Below, piece after piece: positions 36,668-40,000 of a stretch of DNA of 40,000 nt. The notes under the pieces are model-generated. The model had not been told where the DNA came from. It saw only the letters and a program-made list of their open reading frames with translations, and made no database searches. This DNA is from Neisseriaceae bacterium CLB_ANTARCTIC_008. GTDB lineage: Bacteria > Pseudomonadota > Gammaproteobacteria > Burkholderiales > Neisseriaceae. How positions within the stretch are numbered: position 1 is the first letter of the stretch; every line of letters starts with the position of its first letter. The position numbers were made by a program, and so were the translations under genes. Where the stretch lies: the NCBI GenBank assembly GCA_041228285.1, contig CP166133.1:1853380-1893379 (forward strand), in the 5' to 3' direction.

Positions 36668-37945
36668 ATGTCTCAGAATCAAGATTTAGAAAAACGTCGC
36701 CAAGCCGCAACGCCTCGTGGCGTTGGCATTATGTGTAGCTTCTATGCAGATAAAGCTAAAAATGCTGAGATTTGGGATACTGACGGCAATCGCTACATTG
36801 ATTTCGCTGGCGGTATCGGGGTATTAAACACGGGTCACCTACACCCTAAAGTAAAAGCCGCTGTCGCTGAACAGCTACACAAGTTCAGCCACACTTGCTA
36901 CCAGGTCGTGCCGTATGAAGCCTATATTGAAGTAGCCGAGTTGATTAATGAGCGTGCGCCCGTCGGTGGCACCGCTAAAACCGTCTTTTTGACCACTGGT
37001 GCCGAAGCGGTCGAAAATGCCGTTAAAATCGCCCGTAGCCATACCGGCCGTCGTGGTGTCATTTCATTCTTTGGTGGCTACCACGGCCGCACCAACTTCA
37101 CTCTAGGCCTCACCGGCAAGGTTGCCCCCTACAAATTAGGCTTTGGCCCCTTCCCAGCCGACATCATTCACGCCCCCTATCCGAATGAGCTGCATGGCGT
37201 AAGCGAAGAAGAAGCGCTGACTGGCTTAAAGAAAATCTTTAAATCAAACATTGACCCTACCGATGTTGCGGCCATCATCATTGAGCCAATTCAAGGTGAA
37301 GGTGGCTTTAACGTGACGCCTTATTCGTTCTTAAAAGCCCTACGCGACATTTGCGATGAACACGGCATTGTGCTGATTTTTGATGAAGTCCAGTCTGGCT
37401 TTGCACGTACAGGTAAGCTGTTTGCCACCGAACACACGGGCGTCACGCCAGACCTGATCACCATTGCCAAGTCCTTGGCCGGTGGTTTCCCGCTATCCGG
37501 CGTGATTGGCAAAGCCAACATTATGGATGCGCCTTTACCCGGCGGCCTAGGCGGCACCTATGCCGGTAGCCCTCTAGCCCTAGCCGCCGCCAAAGCCGTG
37601 ATTCACGCCATTGAAGATGAACAGCTGTGCCAACGCGCCCAAATCCTTGGCGACAAACTCATGGCTAAGCTAGAATCTTTAAAGTCCAGCATTCCCCACA
37701 TTAAAGCCGTACGTGGTTTAGGCGCGATGGTCGCCGTAGAATTCATGCAGCCTGGCACAACTCAGCCTGACCCTGAGTTTGCTAAAAAAGCCCAAACCTA
37801 CGCCCTCGAGCATGGCCTGATTTTATTGACCTGTGGGATGTATTACAACGTGATGCGCTTCTTATTCCCGCTGACCATTGAAGACAGCGTGTTTGATGAA
37901 GCCATGACGACCTTAGAAGCAGCCCTACAGTTCGCCAGCAAATAG
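36668..37945 (+). CDS. gabT: 4-aminobutyrate aminotransferase (class III PLP aminotransferase)
   Basis: AGGAG RBS before the ATG at 36668; …GIGVLNTGHLHPKV…, IFDEVQSGFARTGKLFA, TIAKSLAGGFPLSG (PLP Lys). Confidence 0.85.
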   Translation: MSQNQDLEKRRQAATPRGVGIMCSFYADKAKNAEIWDTDGNRYIDFAGGIGVLNTGHLHPKVKAAVAEQLHKFSHTCYQVVPYEAYIEVAELINERAPVGGTAKTVFLTTGAEAVENAVKIARSHTGRRGVISFFGGYHGRTNFTLGLTGKVAPYKLGFGPFPADIIHAPYPNELHGVSEEEALTGLKKIFKSNIDPTDVAAIIIEPIQGEGGFNVTPYSFLKALRDICDEHGIVLIFDEVQSGFARTGKLFATEHTGVTPDLITIAKSLAGGFPLSGVIGKANIMDAPLPGGLGGTYAGSPLALAAAKAVIHAIEDEQLCQRAQILGDKLMAKLESLKSSIPHIKAVRGLGAMVAVEFMQPGTTQPDPEFAKKAQTYALEHGLILLTCGMYYNVMRFLFPLTIEDSVFDEAMTTLEAALQFASK

Positions 37946-38018
37946 TCCATTAATGCCAGCCTAAGGGCTGGCCTGATATTACAACGTGTAGACCAGATGT
38001 CCACACAGGAGTTGAAAA

Positions 38019-39470
38019 ATGCAATTAAAAGATCAAAGTTTATTTAAACAGCAGTGCTACATTGACGGGCAATGGCTAAACGCCGACAGCGGCCAAACCC
38101 TAACTGTCACTAACCCCGCCACGGGCGAAGTATTGGGCACTGTGCCAAAAATGGGCCAAGCTGAAACCTTAAAGGCCATTGCGGCGGCAGAAGCGGCGAT
38201 GAAAACCTGGAAAAAAACGCCAGCTAAAGCCAGAGCCAATATTTTGCGCAAGTGGTTCGATCTCATGATGGCGAACCAAGACGACTTAGCCGCTATTTTA
38301 ACCGCCGAACAAGGCAAGCCATTGGCTGAAGCCAAAGGTGAAATTGCTTACGGTGCCTCTTACATTGAATGGTTTGCCGAAGAAGGCAAACGCGCCTACG
38401 GTGACATCATTCCCGCCAATGCACCCGACCAACGGGTCTTGGTGACCAAAGAGCCAATTGGCGTGTGCGCCGCTATTACCCCTTGGAACTTCCCCAATGC
38501 AATGATTACCCGCAAAGTAGCGCCTGCGCTAGCAGCAGGCTGTGCCATCGTAGTGCGCCCTGCCACGGCCACGCCCTATTCAGCTTTTGCTATTGCAGAG
38601 CTAGCTGACCGCGCAGGTTTACCCAAAGGCTTATTGAGCATCCTCACCGGCGGCTCAACCGATATTGGTCAGGTATTGACCGAACACCCTGTGGTGAAAA
38701 AATTCAGCTTCACCGGCTCAACCGAAGTCGGTAAAAAACTGATTGCCCAGTGCGCCACCACGGTAAAAAAAGTGTCGATGGAACTCGGCGGCAACGCCCC
38801 CTTCATCGTATTTGACGACGCAGACATTGATGCAGCCGTTGAAGGCGCCTTGATCTCTAAATTCCGCAACGTTGGTCAAACCTGCGTGTGCGCCAATCGT
38901 CTCTACGTACAAGAAGGCGTCTACGATGCGTTTGTAGCCAAGCTCACCACAGCCGTTAGCCAAATGAAGGTTGGCAATGGCTTTGAAGCCGGCGTTCAGC
39001 AAGGCCCCATGATCGACGCAGCGGCGGTTAAAAAAACCCAAGAGCACATTGACGATGCCGTAGCCAAAGGCGCTGAAGTGGTCTTAGGCGGTAAACCCCA
39101 CGCTCTAGGCGGTAACTTCTTTGAGCCAACCATTGTGAAAAATGTGACGCAAAGCATGAAGGTAGCGAAGGAAGAAACCTTTGGCCCCTTAGCACCGGTA
39201 TTTAAGTTCAAAACCGAAGAAGAAGCCATCCAATACGCCAACGACACTGAGTTTGGCCTGGCCAGCTACTTCTATGCTCGTGACGTGGGCCGTATTTTCC
39301 GCGTAGCAGAAGGCTTAGAGTACGGCATGGTGGCCGTGAACTCGGGTATTCTTTCCAATGAAGCCGCCCCTTTCGGTGGCAGCAAAGAATCTGGCCTTGG
39401 TCGTGAAGGCTCTAAGTACGGCATTGAAGATTACCTAGAAATTAAATACACGCTATTGGGCGGCCTCTAG
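38019..39470 (+). CDS. gabD: succinate-semialdehyde dehydrogenase
   Basis: ALDH signatures ITPWNFP, FTGSTEVG, MELGGNAP, GQTCVCANR and EETFGP; adjacent to gabT. Confidence 0.9.
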   Translation: MQLKDQSLFKQQCYIDGQWLNADSGQTLTVTNPATGEVLGTVPKMGQAETLKAIAAAEAAMKTWKKTPAKARANILRKWFDLMMANQDDLAAILTAEQGKPLAEAKGEIAYGASYIEWFAEEGKRAYGDIIPANAPDQRVLVTKEPIGVCAAITPWNFPNAMITRKVAPALAAGCAIVVRPATATPYSAFAIAELADRAGLPKGLLSILTGGSTDIGQVLTEHPVVKKFSFTGSTEVGKKLIAQCATTVKKVSMELGGNAPFIVFDDADIDAAVEGALISKFRNVGQTCVCANRLYVQEGVYDAFVAKLTTAVSQMKVGNGFEAGVQQGPMIDAAAVKKTQEHIDDAVAKGAEVVLGGKPHALGGNFFEPTIVKNVTQSMKVAKEETFGPLAPVFKFKTEEEAIQYANDTEFGLASYFYARDVGRIFRVAEGLEYGMVAVNSGILSNEAAPFGGSKESGLGREGSKYGIEDYLEIKYTLLGGL

Positions 39471-39496
39471 GCTCACCCCTCCAATAACCATGCCAA

Positions 39497-39537
39497 AACT
39501 GCGCCCGATTGATGTCACTGATCGGGTGCAGTTTTTT
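39497..39537 (+). terminator. intrinsic terminator after gabD
   Basis: CTGCGCCCGAT…ATCGGGTGCAG followed by T7. Confidence 0.7.
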
Positions 39538-39584
39538 TACCCTTCTAGGCACTTAACCTGCGTCCACACGCCGATCGATTTACC

Positions 39585-40000
39585 ATGAACGTCATGAAAC
39601 ACATGCAAAAAACCCTATTACTCAGCGGCTGGCTATGGCTTGGCCTCGCCACCAGCCTTCATGCACAGCCCTCAATCATCAACACCAGCGACTACAGCGA
39701 CGAGCAGCTGTCGGACATCCGCGCCAGCGTTCCGACTGATGGCTGGGTTTTGATCCAGCATCAAGAAGAGCGATACCTTCTAAATGTTTCCAATCAAGAA
39801 TACACGCTGTCGCTTGCCTGCCAAGATTCAAAACAGCCTAGCTATCTTATCGAATATGCCCGAGCCTACCGTGATGGCACTTTTGACGGCATTGACTTGG
39901 TTAGCTCAAGCCGGCAGCAGTTCGCCAAAGTGGTATTTGAAGTCGATGGCCATGCTTTTGAAGACCCATTCACGCCTGCAACGGCTAAGGAGGCTCAAAG
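39585..40000 (+). CDS. secreted hypothetical protein (5' partial, runs off the window)
   Basis: ATG at 39585/39594 followed by a signal-peptide-like LLLSGWLWLGLATSLHA-QP; open to the window end. Confidence 0.5.
   Translation, partial: MNVMKHMQKTLLLSGWLWLGLATSLHAQPSIINTSDYSDEQLSDIRASVPTDGWVLIQHQEERYLLNVSNQEYTLSLACQDSKQPSYLIEYARAYRDGTFDGIDLVSSSRQQFAKVVFEVDGHAFEDPFTPATAKEAQ

Overview
Positions ~1-35,385 look like a lambdoid-style temperate-phage-derived element. It is integrated next to the 3' end of tRNA-Ser(UGA) (35386-35476, minus strand). Host chromosome follows: yaaA, gabT, gabD and a truncated secreted-protein ORF.

The element has a recognisable layout:
- Immunity switch: an S24/LexA-type cI-like repressor at 21795-22490 (+), divergent from a Cro-like gene at 21438-21668 (-), with palindromic operators between them.
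- Rightward-type early operon (minus strand): CII-like, O-like initiator with internal iterons, NinG, DUF1367, XRE regulator.
- Leftward-type operon (plus strand): ERF, SSB, HU, many small ORFs, a large C5-cytosine methyltransferase, Xis, Int.
- Packaging block (minus strand): TerS, two unknowns, TerL, an unknown, and an 826-aa polyvalent-type protein carrying a (GGTTCT)~15 = (Glu-Pro)15 repeat.

I recognise no portal, capsid, tail or lysis genes anywhere in the window. Visibly AT-rich cargo is inserted at several points in the more GC-rich backbone:
- a DUF4236/SHOCT gene plus an 879-aa protein, apparently one operon
- single-gene membrane-protein morons
- a DUF2971 protein
- a RelE/HigA-type toxin-antitoxin pair
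- a lipoprotein
- a SieB-like gene

Three loci deserve the closest look:
1. A terminator-insulated two-gene cassette (163 aa plus a DUF1828/DUF1829-like protein) sits in the rexAB slot between cI and the pL-type operators.
2. A repressor-controlled pL-type promoter drives a ~460-nt structured, apparently non-coding RNA. That RNA ends in a non-canonical tRNA-like module and a terminator, where N/nutL would normally sit.
3. A family of hairpins has conserved bases and covarying upper stems.

All family assignments come from reading motifs by eye. No database search or folding program was run.
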